64,000 nucleotides of DNA, from the NCBI GenBank assembly GCA_951406725.2, contig OX597830.1, positions 63,426,001 to 63,490,000 on the forward strand, written 5' to 3'. The position numbers and the translations under genes are program-made. How positions within the stretch are numbered: the stretch's first letter is position 1; every line of letters begins with the position of its first letter. Below are positions 48,223 through 62,160 of the stretch, piece by piece. The notes under the pieces are model-generated. The model saw only the letters and a program-made list of their open reading frames with translations. It did not search any database and had not been told where the DNA came from. The stretch is from Octopus vulgaris. Lineage: Eukaryota.

Positions 48223-49779
48223 GGTGGGTGGGTGGGTGGGGTAGTGTTGTCTGTTTCTCCTGTCAAGAAATCATCCAATCACTTTGTGCCATTGAAGCTG
48301 CATGGAATATGTGATTTCTTACATGAAAAATCGGTAAGGGTTAGCATTAGGCAAATCATCCAGTTGTAAAACAACACTTGAAATGATATCCAAAACATGG
48401 AAAAAACGGATGTTAAAAGAATTAATGACCAAATAAAGTAGTTTAGTCATTATTTTATCTATTACATGATTTGTCTATTACATATAAAGACAGAAAGTAT
48501 TTTAAAATTGTTTTTCTTCCTCGTTCATTTGTGTTAATTTTCTCTGAAAAGTATCATAGCTAAATGACTCAACACGTATCGTTTCCACATTTGGTATTTA
48601 TAATTTTCTAATAGTTCCTTTCTCAGGAATAAGTTTGTTGTTTCTGATAATTGTATATCTTCTGCATGGCATAATGAAACGGCAAATAACAAATTCAATT
48701 AATCGTATCCAAGTAATTAGTCTTCTTTTTAAATCAAATGATTAGAGAGAGAGAGCGAGAGAGAGCAACAAACAAGGAAAGTTTAAAAAATGAGATGGAA
48801 TCACTCATAGTTTTAGAAATTGATACAGTCTTGAGTGCACCCAACTCATTTTCTTTATTGACCAAAGTGACAGGAGTTCAAATCAGAATTCAAGTGTGTT
48901 ATGGACATCTTCCATTACAGTTTAGCAAAATTCTAATTTTTTTTGCCATTGGTCAATAAGTGTTATTTCCTATTTGCTTCTATTATAGAAATGAGAGGAA
49001 ATCAATACTATTCCCTTCAAACTTTGCTTTTGAGATCTGAACACCATTGTTCTGAAACTGACCTGTTTTCCATTAGATTTCAGACAGATCCAGCATTGAG
49101 TTGCTGAAGCAGAAATATCCTTTTCTTTTCCACACTAGGCACAAGGCCCAAAATTTTTGGGGAGGAGGGGTTGGCCAGTCAATTAGATTGACCTCAGTAT
49201 GCAACTGGTACTTAGTTTATCAACCCTGAAAGAATGAAAGGCAAAGTTGACCTCGGAATTTGAACTCAGAACATAAAGACAGCGCGCTAATGATTCTGCC
49301 AGCTGAAGCAGAACTATCATTATAGCAAATATTCTGTTCAATTCCACAGACTTGCTTGTCAGTTGCTTGGCCTTAACCAGTTGAGCATGTCCCTTAGTGG
49401 CTGACAATATGTGCATCTCAGATCATGAGCAAGAGTCGTGGGAAAGTATCATAAGCCATGTGTTGGGAGGGATTCTTTGGGATTTGAATAAATATAGCAA
49501 AGTTTGAAGGAAATATTAGTCATGTTTCATACTTTCTAGGGGTCAGCAAATAGGAAAAATAGTTGTTACCCAAGGACAAAAGCCACGTTAGACAGTGTTA
49601 TTAACCTTGTGTTTCTAGGGTCAGCTAGATTTTTGTGTTGGAATGTGATGGTTTGGGCACATCTCTTTGGATGCTGATAAGTTTTGCATGGCTGAGTAGA
49701 CATTCAACCTATTTTGGTAACAGTGGTGTTTGGCACTGGAGGCAAATACACACACACATGCACACATATGTGATAAGAA

Positions 49780-50162
49780 TCTTGCTTAGCAACTACATGG
49801 CTCAGGTTCAGTCCCACTGCGTGGCACCTTGGGCAAGTATCTTCTACCACAGCCTCGGGCCGATCAAAACCTTATGAGTGGATTTGGTAGATGGAAACTG
49901 AAAGAAGCCCTTCATATATATATATGTATATATTTATGTGTGTGTACCTTTGTATCTGTGTTTGTTCCACCCCCACCATCGCTTGACATCCAATAGTAGT
50001 GTGTTCACATCCCCGAAACTTAGCAGTTTGGTGAAAGAGTTCAATAGAATAAGTACTAGGCTTACAAAGAATGAGTCCTGGGGGTCGGTTTCTTTGATTA
50101 AAACCCTTTAAGGTGGTGCTCCAGCATAGCCACAAACGATTGAAATGTGTATAAGAATAAAA
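49780..50162 (+). mobile_element. SINE family A
   Basis: Consensus match. Confidence 0.83.
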
Positions 50163-50288
50163 GACAACATATAGAAGGAGAGAAAGAGAAGGCAAGAGGG
50201 AGATATTACGATTTATTAATTGAATAATGATTGACATAAACATTTTTACTCTCCTCATATACATAAAGAGAAACATGCATACACACAA

Positions 50289-50340
<52 letters not shown>

Positions 50341-50619
50341 TAGCTGAATAGTCGTCGTTGCCAGGCAGTTTTTCCAGTGGAATGTATTATATAAATCTTT
50401 ATTTATTCCATGTCAGAACATGCCTTCTCTGAGGGATAGGCCTCTTAACAGGATAGATTTGTGTATTTTTTCTTTTGCCAAAAAACTTTGTTGAAAATGT
50501 TTTTCCTGTTTAATCCTTTTGTAACTGTATTAATTTTGAGAGACAAACATAAATATACATACACATTAATATATACATATACACATATACAAATATATAC
50601 ATATACATACATATCATTA

Positions 50620-50935
50620 TCATCATCGTCGTTTAACATCCGCTTTCCATGCTAGCATGGGTAGGATGATTTGAGTGAGGTCTGGCGAACCAGATGGCTG
50701 CACCAGACTCCAATCTGATCTGGCAGAGTTTCTACAGCTAGATGCCCGTCTTAACGCCAACCACTCCGAGAGTGTAGTGGGTGCTTTTATGTGCCACCAG
50801 CACGAGGGCCAGTCAGGCGGTACTGCCAACGGCCATGCTCAAATGGTGCTTTTTATGTGCCACCTGCACAGTTGCCAGTCCAGCGGCACTGGCAACGACC
50901 TTGCTTGAATGTTTTTCACGTGCCACCAGCACAAG
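50620..50935 (-). mobile_element. RTE LINE 3' UTR/tail
   Basis: Tail consensus. Confidence 0.82.
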
Positions 50936-50953
50936 TATACATATATATATATA

Positions 50954-51326
50954 CACTTGCGTCAGAAATTAATTAGCACTTCTCAAATTTCTACATTAAA
51001 TAGGTTAAATCAATTAACCTATGAGCTGTTCAAAACGTCTTACGCGATGAGAAAACTTAGTATGGTGTGATTTCGGTCCTTGCGAGGCGCTACCTATATC
51101 TATTAAACAAAGGAAGATTTGTCTACATCTGCACTCCAAGTTGTTGTTGCACTGCTATGTCAACATCATAAGGCTGTAGACTCTCAAACTGCTCTGCAAA
51201 CAAAGTTACGTCATCGTTCTGCGCAACAGTGAACTCGCAACAAAGCAATAGTTTGAGATATGGCCACTAGGTGACAGCACATACCTTGAAGAGCAAATCA
51301 AGGGTGCTAATTAATTTCTGACGGTA

Positions 51327-51329
<3 letters not shown>
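50954..51329. mobile_element. Tc1/mariner-type MITE
   Basis: TA|CACTTGCGTCAGAAATTAATTAGCAC...GTGCTAATTAATTTCTGACGGTAGTG|TA. Confidence 0.85.
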
Positions 51330-51376
<47 letters not shown>

Positions 51377-51405
51377 GTATATATATATAATAATATATAT
51401 GACTA

Positions 51406-52083
51406 GAGATGACTAGAGACCGAGACCTATGGAAGTATGCTGTGCGTGAGAAGACCCGGCAAGACTAGTGAAGCCATAATCCGTGGCCCCTACCTGGGAC
51501 GTAGTCAGTCCACCTGTGCATACCTTCCTTCTTGTGACACTTGTGAAGACCTGTTGAGGCAAGTGAGAATCGAATCGTATCAAATCAAATCGAACCAAAT
51601 CAAAATAGATGAACATCAATGGAATTTGTATCCTTGTGTAGTGCCGGTGGCTAAGAAAACCATCCGAACGTGACCGTAGCCAGTACCGCAATGACTGGCC
51701 TCCGTGCTGAGGGCACGTAACAAACACCATCCGAGCGTGGCCGTCCGCCAGCCTCGTCTGGCACCTGTGTCGGTGACACATAAGAAAACACCATCCGAGC
51801 GTGGCCGTCTGCCAGCCTCGTCTGGCACCTGTGTCGGTGGCACATAAAAAACACCATCCGAGCGTGGCCGTCTGCCAGCCTCGTCTGGCACCTGTGTCGG
51901 TGGCACATAAAATCACCCACTACACTCTCGGAGTGGTTGGCGTTAGGAAGGGCATCCAGCTGTAGAAACACTGCCACATCTGACTGGCCTGGTGCAGCCT
52001 TCGGCTTCCCAGACCCCAGTTGAACCGTCCAACCCATGCTAGCATGGAAAGCGGACGTTAAACGATGATGATGATGATGATGA
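51406..52083 (+). mobile_element. 5'-truncated RTE LINE (last codons EMTRDRDLWKYAVREKTRQD* plus 3' UTR with three ~63-bp tandem units)
   Basis: Same ORF end as the 30-31 kb copy and the same palindrome plus (GAT)n tail. Confidence 0.88.
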
Positions 52084-52750
52084 ATATCTCGAGAATTTGT
52101 CTCTTTGTTTAGTTTTCCTGTTTTCTACTAAATACAACATACTTTATCAGATTTAAATCCAGGGACACTTAAGTAACAATTAGTTACCTTGTAATTATTC
52201 CCTTGGATTTTTCCTTTAAATGTCTGATGTCAAATAAGAGGTGGATCAGCAATGTGAAATAGGTGGCACCAAGACAGCTGTGCCACTCATATCCACTTTG
52301 TGTGTGTGTGTGTGTGTGTGTGTGTATTTGTACTTTCGAAAGAGCTGAACGTGTCCTGTACATGTGGTTGTTTCATGTTTCTGGGCAGATGTCAAGGAAT
52401 ACACCAACGCATGACCAGGTTCAGGCTTGGTAAGGAGTTTGCTTCCCAACCACATGGTTCTGGGTTCAGACCCACTGTGTGGCACGATGGGCAAGTCTTC
52501 TACTATAGCCTTGTTAGTGGATTTGGCAGAAAGAAACTGAAAGAAGCCGATTGTTTTCTATATATTCATCATCATCATCGTCATTTAACATCCATTTTCC
52601 ATGCATGCATGGATAGGACAGTTCACAGGAGCCAGCCATGTAGAAAAACTACCCTATGCTACTGTGTGTGCTTTGACAAGGTTTCTTTTATGGCTGGATG
52701 GCCTTTCTAACACCAGCCATGGTGCAGAGTGGTCTCTCTGCAAAGTAGAC

Positions 52751-52791
<41 letters not shown>

Positions 52792-53184
52792 CTGTATGCA
52801 TATATACATACATATATGTACATACCTACATATATATGTATATTATCATCATCATCATCATCGTTGTTTAGCGTCCGTTTTCCATGCTAGCATGGGTTGG
52901 ACGGTGCATACATGCATATATGGATATGGGACATCAAAAAGATGTCAACAAAATGAGAAACCGGACAGGTAACATAAAGAACATTCCCTTCATCAGTTGT
53001 CCCCTGTTTTATCCAATCTGCATTTTGAAGGTAAGGGACAAGATGTGACTTCGTTAAAACAGTCCTTCCCGCAAGGCAAATTAAATAAAATTTGGGATTT
53101 TTTGCGGAGGGTTAAAGTGGTAACAAAAACAGGACAGTGAGAACAAAACAGTAAAAACAAACGGTGAGGGCTGTTAAACCAAGA

Positions 53185-53239
<55 letters not shown>

Positions 53240-55374
53240 TGTGTGTGCCTGTGTTTGTTCCCACCACCACCACCACCACCACTTGAAAACTGGTGTTGGT
53301 GTGTTTTTATCCCTGTAGCTGTAGCTTAGCAGTTTAGCAAAAGAGACCAATAGAAGAATTCCCAGGCTTTGAAAATCCTAAGTACTGGGGTTGATTCATT
53401 AGACTAAAATTCTTCAGGGCATTGCCCCAGCATGGCCGCAGTCTTAATGACTGAAACAAGTTAAAGATAAAGATCACCGATGTCATGTGGCCCACCATTT
53501 TGTGTTTCACTCAGTAAATAGTTTAATTATTGATTCAAACATTTTTCATATCAGGGTATGAATTTGAATTAGAAGCTTGAGTCATAATGAATCTTTCATT
53601 AGCTAATTAATTATGCAATCATGGACGCTGCTCCTACAGATGTGTTGCTGTTACTCTCCTGATAGAGCTTGGTGACCCTGGCCTTTGACCTTGTAGGAGT
53701 CTGCTGATCAGCATCAGTGTAAGAAGTGTCGTTGGTTCAGTTGAGCTCTTCTGCTGCCTCTTTGCAATCTGCCATGCTGCAGCCCCGTGACTTTGCTGTG
53801 TGTCTGGCAGGGTGGCTAAATGCGTATGCAAGTATTTTGAAAATACTGCAAGGAGTGACAACCATGCTTTGCATAGTTATGGACTGCCCTTTAGCAAAGC
53901 ATAGCACCCATTTTGCAACCCTGCCAGGGATATGACAAAGTCAAAATTATTATTACATTGTCATATAATGTCTATGAAACAAATATGAATGAATATCATA
54001 ATACTTCTACAAAAGACAATGCCCGCTTCCTACACACCATGTGGGAGAGAAAGAGCAACAAATTTAAGCAGCAATCTAGAAAAAGTATTATCAAAGTAAT
54101 TCATTTGATTTCCAAGAAATACTGTAGATACACCCTTACATGTGCATTTCTTTGAAAAAAATGTCAAAAATTTAACTGCAGTTTACATTGTTGTTGAAGG
54201 TTAAGATCGAATCATGATACTCATATAACACACACAAAACACACATATACACACACACCCATGTGTTTTTTTAGTAATATAGATCAAAAATAAACCACAG
54301 CTGTTATGCACAAGTGAATATGACCTAATAACATGCTTTTCCTCATTCTTTTACATGCGCTAATTTTATTCTCCTAACCCTTTTAGATTATGTAGACAGG
54401 AGCAGATATAGACATTTTTTGGGTGGGGGCACTCCTTCCCCACAACTCAACATTGAAAATGTTACAATTGGGTGGAAAAAGGGCTACCCCAGCACTAGTC
54501 TGGAGCTCATTTTCAGTTATGTAGACTGGAGCATTGTGAAATGAAGCACCTTGCTCAATGTCACAGTACATCACCCATTCCAAGAATTGAATTTGCATCC
54601 TTGTGAATGTGAATCTAACATCCCTGAATACTAGGTCATGTGCTTTTACAGTCGGTATCAATAAATATGAATAAACATCAAGTTATGTAATTAGTCTGGC
54701 TTTAGACACAGGCCTGGCTATGTTGTGAAGAAGCTTGCTTCCCACCCACATAGTTGTGGTTTCAAGTTCAGTTCTACTGTGTGGCACCTTGGGCAAGTGT
54801 CTTTTACTATAAGTCTGGACTGGCCAAAGCCTTGTGAGCTGGTTTGGTAAAACAGAAACTGAAAGAAGCTCATTGCAAACATGTGTGTGTGTGTGTGTGC
54901 CATTGTCTAGACATCACAAGATGGTTGTGAATAAGCATCATCATCATCATCATACAAGCAATGTTATTCCTTTTCCAGTTTCCTATAGGAAACATGTCCA
55001 GTTATAGTAATAACTTTATTACTTTGCTACTTGGAAACAGGTGAGGGCTAGTGACAAGAAGGACATCCAATCGTAGAAGAGCTGCTTCAACGAATTCCAT
55101 CTGGCTCATACAAGCATGGAAAAGTGGACATTAGATGAAGATGATGATGATGGTGGTGGTGGTGGTGGCGGCGGCGGCGGCATGGTTGTCATTGTTTAGA
55201 CCCTAGATTTTTAAAACCACCTCAATAACAGACTGATATATATTTTGTCAATCTTAGAAGAATAAAACGTGAATGCCACTTGAGTGCAGATTTCAACACA
55301 AGACATAAAGCACAGTATAGCAGAATACAGCAGTGCATATTGTCGAAGCTCTACCAATTCTGCAGCAGTAGTCA

Positions 55375-55405
<31 letters not shown>

Positions 55406-55755
55406 GGTGGTTATGGTAATGATGGTTGAGGTGGTTGTAATTATTGCTATTAAGGACAGTTGATTGGCATAATTGATAGATTGCCAGGCAGCATACCCTG
55501 CAACGTTTAATTACGTATCTTTTATGAGTTAAAATTATTCCCTGGTTGACTTGGCCTTTGATCCTTTTGATGTGTGAGAATGTGTAAGAATGGTGGTCAA
55601 TAAGTACCAGTAATTAAATGGAGTCAATCGGATCAACTATACTCCTTCTCTGTCGATTTTTGGCCTTATGCTAGTAAGCAGTTATATCTTGTAATAAATG
55701 TTTTATCATTATTTTTCTGTAAGAAACATTTCTTCTCAAAATCTAAATTATGATG

Positions 55756-55798
<43 letters not shown>

Positions 55799-55922
55799 GG
55801 GTTAGCAGCATCAAGTATTTCTTCTAGTTCTTCACATTCAAAGTTCATTTCCTGCCAGGCCAACTTTACTTTTCCTCACTCTGGTGATGATAAACTAATG
55901 TAACCAGTTGAACCACTATCTT

Positions 55923-55963
<41 letters not shown>

Positions 55964-56214
55964 TAATTTTTTCTGCTAAAGGCACAAGGCCTGAAATTTT
56001 GGAGGAGGGGACTAGTCCATTACATTGACCCCAGTGTCTCACTGGTACTTAATTTATTGACCTTGAAAGGATGGATGGCAAAGTCAAACTCAGCGGAATT
56101 TGAACTCAGAGCATAAAAATGGATGAAATGCTGCTAAGCACTTTGCTTGGAATGCTAACGATTCCGCCAACCTGCTGCCTTAATAATAACAACAACAATA
56201 ATAATAATTCTTTT

Positions 56215-56570
56215 ATTCTTTTACTTGTTTCAGTCATTTGACTGCGGCCATGCCGGAGCACTGCATTTAGTCAAGCAAATTGACCCCAGGACTTATTCTT
56301 TGTAAGCCTAGTACTTATTCTATTGGTCTCTTTTGTCAAACTGCTAAATTACGGGGATGTAAACACACCAGCATCGGTTGTCAAGCGATGTTGGGGACAA
56401 ACACAGACACATATACATACGATGGTCTTCTTTCAGTTTCCGTCTACCAAATGGACTCACAAGGCTTTGGTCGGCCCAAGGTTATAGTAGAGGACATTTG
56501 CCCAAGGTGCCACGCAGTGGGACTGAACCCGGAACCATGCGGCTGGTAAGCAAGCTACTTGCCACACAAT
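56215..56570 (-). mobile_element. SINE family A
   Basis: Reverse complement of consensus. Confidence 0.87.
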
Positions 56571-57877
56571 GATTTCAAATTTTTGCACTAGGCCAGCACT
56601 TTTATGGGGTGCAGGGGTTACATTGATTACATCAATCCCAGTACTCAACTGGTACTTATTGACCCTGAAAGGATGAAAGGCAAAGTCAATCCTGGTGGTG
56701 TTTGAACTTAGGATTTGTAAAGCTGAAATATATGCAGCTAAGCAACTTGTCTGAGACACTAACAATTCTGCCAGTTCTCCACCTTTTCTAATGGTTTCAA
56801 ATTTTGGCACAGAGCCAGCCGTTTTAGAGAGAGGTGATTGCATCACCTCCAGTGCTTGATTGGTTCTTATTTTACTGACACCAAAAAGAAGAAAGGCAGA
56901 GTTGACCTCAACAGAATTTTAACTCAAAATGTAAAGAACCAAAAGAAATGTTGCTAAGCATTTTGTCCAATATACTAATGTTTCTGTCAGCAATAATCAT
57001 TTCTGATTTTGGGACAAAGCCAGCAATTTTGAGTGAGGAAGGGGTTAAGTTGATGCCATTTGCCCCAGTACTTGAATGATACTTTAGTTTATTGACCCTA
57101 AATGGAAAAGCAAAGCATAGTTGAAAGGCAAAGCATAATTGAAAGGCAAAGCATAATTGAAAGGCAAAACATAGCTGACCTTAGCAAGATTTGAATTCAG
57201 AATGTTGAGAACCTGAAAAAAAATATCTCTGGTATTTTTTTTTTGTGATGCTTGAAAGATTTTGCCAGCTCATCACCCTAACAATAATTGTTATCATTAC
57301 TGATATTTTTAATCCTTTCAAAATCTGGGGCTTGGATGCCCATCAAAGAAATCATTATAATCACCCTTAATTATAATGTGTGACTTGGTTGAGTGAACAA
57401 GGAAGACTCTGCATCAGTGATTCTCAACCATCTGGACTTTGTGGTATACTGAACATGTAACAAGAATGGCTGGTGCCTTTCACAGAGAATGGTAAAATAA
57501 AATATGTTTTAATGTTTAAAATGTGGCAGGGAAAAAAAGTATAAAACTATTCTTTAACCTGTGTTTTTGTCATAGTTGTGCATAACAACATTATGAATAA
57601 CACATTTTTTTCTAGAGAGTCAAGTGTTTATTCAAATTTTCCAGTGTCTTAAACATAGGCATAGCTGTGTGGATAAGAAGCCTGCTTTCACAGCTACATT
57701 GTTTCAGGTTCAGTCCCACTGTGTGGCACCTTGGGCAAGTGTCTTCTGCTATAGCTTTCAGTTGATCAAAGCCTTGTGAGTGGATTAAATTTGGTGGACA
57801 AAAACTAAAAAGAGCACTTCATATATATGTTTTTACTTCAAATTTTTCAAATTTTTATAAATTTTTACTAATAGGCA

Positions 57878-58059
57878 TAGGAGTGGCTGTGTGGTAAGTA
57901 GCTTGCTTACGAACCACATGGTTCCGGGTTCGGTCCCACTGCATGGCACCTTGGGCAAGTGTCTTCTACTATAGCCTCAGGCCGACCAGAGCCTTGTGAG
58001 TGGATTTGGTAGACGGAAACTGAAAGAAGCCTGTCGTTTCTGTTTTCTCGTTTGGATTA

Positions 58060-58120
<61 letters not shown>

Positions 58121-58342
58121 GTGTGTGTATATGTTTGTTTGTCTGTGTTTATCACCCCCAACATCGCTTGACAACCGATGCTGGTGTGTTTACGTCCCCG
58201 TAACTTAGCGGTTTGGCAAAAGAGACTGATAGAATAAGTACTAGGCTTACAAAGAATAAGTCCTGGGGTCGATTTGCTTGACTAAAAGACGGTTCTCCAG
58301 CATGGCCACAGTCAAATGACTGAAACAAGTAAAAGAGTAAAA
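57878..58342 (+). mobile_element. SINE family A
   Basis: Consensus match with a short foreign piece at 58036-58064. Confidence 0.9.
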
Positions 58343-58555
58343 GAATATTTGTTAAGATGAAATACATCAAAACCGGTAATATTAATATTTTTATTTATAT
58401 AATCTTTAATTAAATTTCCTCTTAAACTGAAATGTCTTAGACTTAATTCTGTGCTATTTCCACCTTCATCATTTTGATATATAAAAATTTTGATTTGTAT
58501 ACATCTCTCATCTTTTTTCAACTATAGGCCCCACCCCCATGCACACACATATATA

Positions 58556-58814
58556 CAGGGTGCAGTGAATAAATTGTCTAAACTATGCAAAAATGAAAAT
58601 AACACCGACATCTCATTTTAACAGATATATTTATCAAAATTACATTAAAATATCTTGAAATACTAAAGAGTAAATTTATTCAATAAAATCGCCATTGGCT
58701 TCAACCATGACCTCCAGAAGAGTTTGGAATCTCCTGCAACTCTTCTGGACAGTTAGTGAATGTTGTTATGATCCTTGCCTTCAGTTCATCTTTGGTGTTA
58801 CAAGAAGTTTTATA
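58556..58814 (-). mobile_element. Tc1/mariner (maT-like) 3' fragment
   Basis: TA|CAGGGTG terminus, with minus-strand NTKDELKARI...CRRFQTLLEVMVEANGDFIE*. Confidence 0.78.
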
Positions 58815-59079
58815 CAGTTCTATATTTAAGAGATGAGGAATTATGTAAATTATTTACATTTGACAGATATTTGTCCTCATCTTGTTTGTTGTTAACACAA
58901 CGTTTTGGCTGATATACCCTACAGCCTTCATCAGGTGTCTTGGGGAAATTTCGAACCTAGGTTCTCATTCCTAAGGTATTTTTTTGATGTTATTATTATT
59001 AATCAGGTCACTGCCTGGAATCAAACTCAGAATCTTGGGGTTAATAGCCCGCTCTCTTAACCACTACGCCATATGCCCC
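58815..59079 (-). mobile_element. tRNA-headed element carrying a Penelope-type minimal hammerhead motif
   Basis: A-box TGGCGTAGTGG (59061-59071) and B-box GAGTTTGATTCC (59017-59028), then GACAC-CTGATGA-A-GGCTG..CAGCC-AAAA-CGTT-GTGTT at 58894-58939. Confidence 0.75.
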
Positions 59080-59134
59080 AGGCAGTGACCTGAATAATAA
59101 TAATAATAATGATAATGATGATAATGATGATGAT

Positions 59135-59692
59135 AAATGCCCTGATGCAGTACCAGGCAGTGGCTCTCATGGCTTCTGATCTTAACTGTTTGGAAGTGCT
59201 ATGATGTACATTGTTTTGTCTTGGTATAAAAGATGGGCTACAGCAAATATTCTGCTCAATACCACAGATTTGCTTGTGAGTTGTTTGACCTTAGCCAGTT
59301 GAGCATGTCCCTTAGTGGCTGATGATATGTGCATCTCTGATCACGAGCAGAAGTAGTGGGGGAGCATCATAGCCATGTGTTGAGAGGGATTCTTTGGGGT
59401 TTGAATAATTCACCTTTGGAAACAGGGGTGTTTTGTTCAACATCCTTAAACAACCCTTAATCAGGGACCTTTTGAGTGGGATGGGTTACTCGACCAGAAG
59501 AAAATTCTAACTGGGCTCCACCTGCAAGGTCATGTGCTGTTCATCTTGATATGAAATCACCATGTCGCGCACATATGGTTGTGATGCATGTGCCTAGTGT
59601 ACCTTTATCAGACGGGTAGTCATGATGGGTATACTGGGCTTCGTATATTTTACCCCAGTGTCACTTTGATGGCATGCACTGCTCTCTCACTC
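59135..59692 (+). mobile_element. Family E, second full copy, in (TAA/TGA)n
   Basis: Same termini AAATGCCCTGATGCAGTA...GCTCTCTCACTC. Confidence 0.85.
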
Positions 59693-61716
59693 AATAATAA
59701 TAATAATGATAACAGAGTGAATTGTGTCTTGGTGCTGTTTTTCTCACAGGCGATGCCCAACTGACCCTACTGTACTGTGTAGTCAAGAAAAGGAAAAACA
59801 AAAAATGTGCATGTGTGAAATAAAAAAATATAAAATGGTGACAATTTACCCATCGTTGGTTGTAGGAGATTCCAAAGTTGTCTGGGGGCCTTGGTTGAAG
59901 CCAATGGTGAAGTTATTGAATATATTTTCTCTTTACTATTTCAAGATATTTTAATGTAATTTTGGTAAATATATCTGTTAAAATGAGATGCCAATGTTAT
60001 TTTCATTTTTGCATAATTTAGATGACACATACGCACACACAAACACACATACAAAAAGTATACACATACTTGCATACATACATACATGCATAATACATAT
60101 ATGCATGTGTATGCGCATACACACACTGGCCCACACACATGCGCACACACAATCAAAAAGTACACAGCTTGGATAACAGACAGGTTGCAAGATGCAACAA
60201 AAATTTTGGAAAAATAAATAAGTAAATGAGGGGAAATTTTTCTGGTGTGTGTGTTAAATTGTAAGGCACCAAAAGAGAATGTCTCTCCCCAGATACAACA
60301 GAGTATTTACCGCACCCTGTCTATATATATATATTCTGTAAATAATAATTATAAGCTTGAGGCTTATAAGCATTCACTGTGTATTAACTACAGAAAATTT
60401 TATTTTCCTATAGGCAGTATATGGTGAATGCTTATAATAATTTTTTTACCGAATTTTTACTCTTCACCATTTCTTCACTTAATGCAATATATATAGGGTA
60501 TGAGAGGTACTGGTGTCAAGAAGACCCAAAGGTGTTAGGTAATGCTGAGTAAATGCTATGGACAGACTATAGTTAAGCTCCAGGTTCGATAATGATATGA
60601 ATGAGGTGTCCAACGTGGGTCATATATAAGCAGGCAAATATATAAAAATTAACAGAATGAGATTAAAAAAAGTCCAAGGCTGTATCTGAAAACTATTCAC
60701 AGCCTTGGATTTTTTTATCTCATTCTCTTCATCATCAGCACCATCATCGTTTAACGTCCACTTTCCATGCTGGCATGGGTTGGACGGTTTGACTGAGGAC
60801 TGGCGAGTCAGATGGCTGCACACAAATACATACATACATACATACATACATGATAATATTTGTTCTACGTCCTCGCGTTGTGTTTTTTTGTGCTTTCTTG
60901 TTTGGATTAACTATATATATATATATATATGATGGGCATCTTTCAGTTTCCACTTACAAGGGCTTTGGTTGGCACAAGGCTATAGTAGAAGACACTTGCC
61001 CAAGGTGCCATGCAGTGGGACTGAACCCCAAACCATGTGGTTGGGAAGCAAGCTTCTTATTTTTAGAATGACATTGTGGAGTAGGTGTGAGAAGTCAGAT
61101 CTGGCTGGTTTGAAGATAATATATGGGTAGAATATTTGGGCTGGATATACCCCAGATATGCTGAAGGGTTAAAGTAGGAAGGATATATTGACATGTTGCT
61201 TAAGATATATTATGGCGGAAAAAAACATATGAAGCGGTCATGCTTGAATGTCTTTGATCATTGGACTGATCTGAGGCGAAACAGCAACAGCAACAACAAC
61301 AACATCTGTGACTTGGTTGTGTCTGCATCTCATTCAAGAAATAATTTCATCTCGACCATTTTTTTCCTTCCTCCCACGCTCCCGATTTTTATTAATATTA
61401 TTATTATTATTATTTTTTTTTTTGCACTCTTAGCTTGTGTATGTCATCTTTTTCTTTGTGTATTCCTCTTTTGATCAAGCCGTCACTAATCACCACCACC
61501 ACCACCACCACCGCTGCTGCTCCTGCTGCTGCCACCACCATCATGCCTAATGAGAATGGTGATGACGACTATAAACGATGTTCTTTGTTGCTAAATATTG
61601 AAATATCAGGCATTAACGGTTTCATCAAGTTGACGTATATTGCCATAGTTTCTGACAAGATGGCTAACCTAGCCTACTGACTAGAAATTAAATAGCTGAC
61701 TGGAAATTAATAGGCG

Positions 61717-62160
61717 TAGGAGTGGGTGTGTGGTGAGTAGCTTGCTTACCAACCACATGGTTCCGGGTTCAGTCCCACTGCGTGGCATCTTGGCCAAGTG
61801 TCTTCTACTATAGCCTCGGGCCAACCAAAGCCTTGTGAGTGGATTTGGTAGCTGGAAACTGGAAGAAGCCTGTATTATATATGTATATATGTGTGTGTGT
61901 GTGTGTATGTGCGTGTGTGTGTGTGCGTGCGTGTGTGTGTGTGTGTGTGTGTGTGTTTGTGTGTCTGTGTTTGTCTCCCCAACATCACTTGACAACCGAT
62001 GCTGGTGTGTTTACGTCCCCATAATTTAGTAGTTCAGCAAAAGAGACCGATAGAATAAGTACTAGGCTTACAAAGAATAAGTTCTGGGGTTGATTTGCTC
62101 GACTAAAGGCAGTGCTCCAGCATGGCCACAGTCAAATGACTGAAACAAATAAAAGAGTAG
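61717..62160 (+). mobile_element. SINE family A
   Basis: Consensus match. Confidence 0.9.

Noticed and set aside
57107-57178. 18-bp tandem repeat, about 4 copies
   Set aside because: Ordinary slippage within a degraded SINE B.
57878-57950. tRNA genes at SINE heads
   Set aside because: A and B boxes are present, but acceptor stems are not convincingly intact and each head continues into a repeat body.
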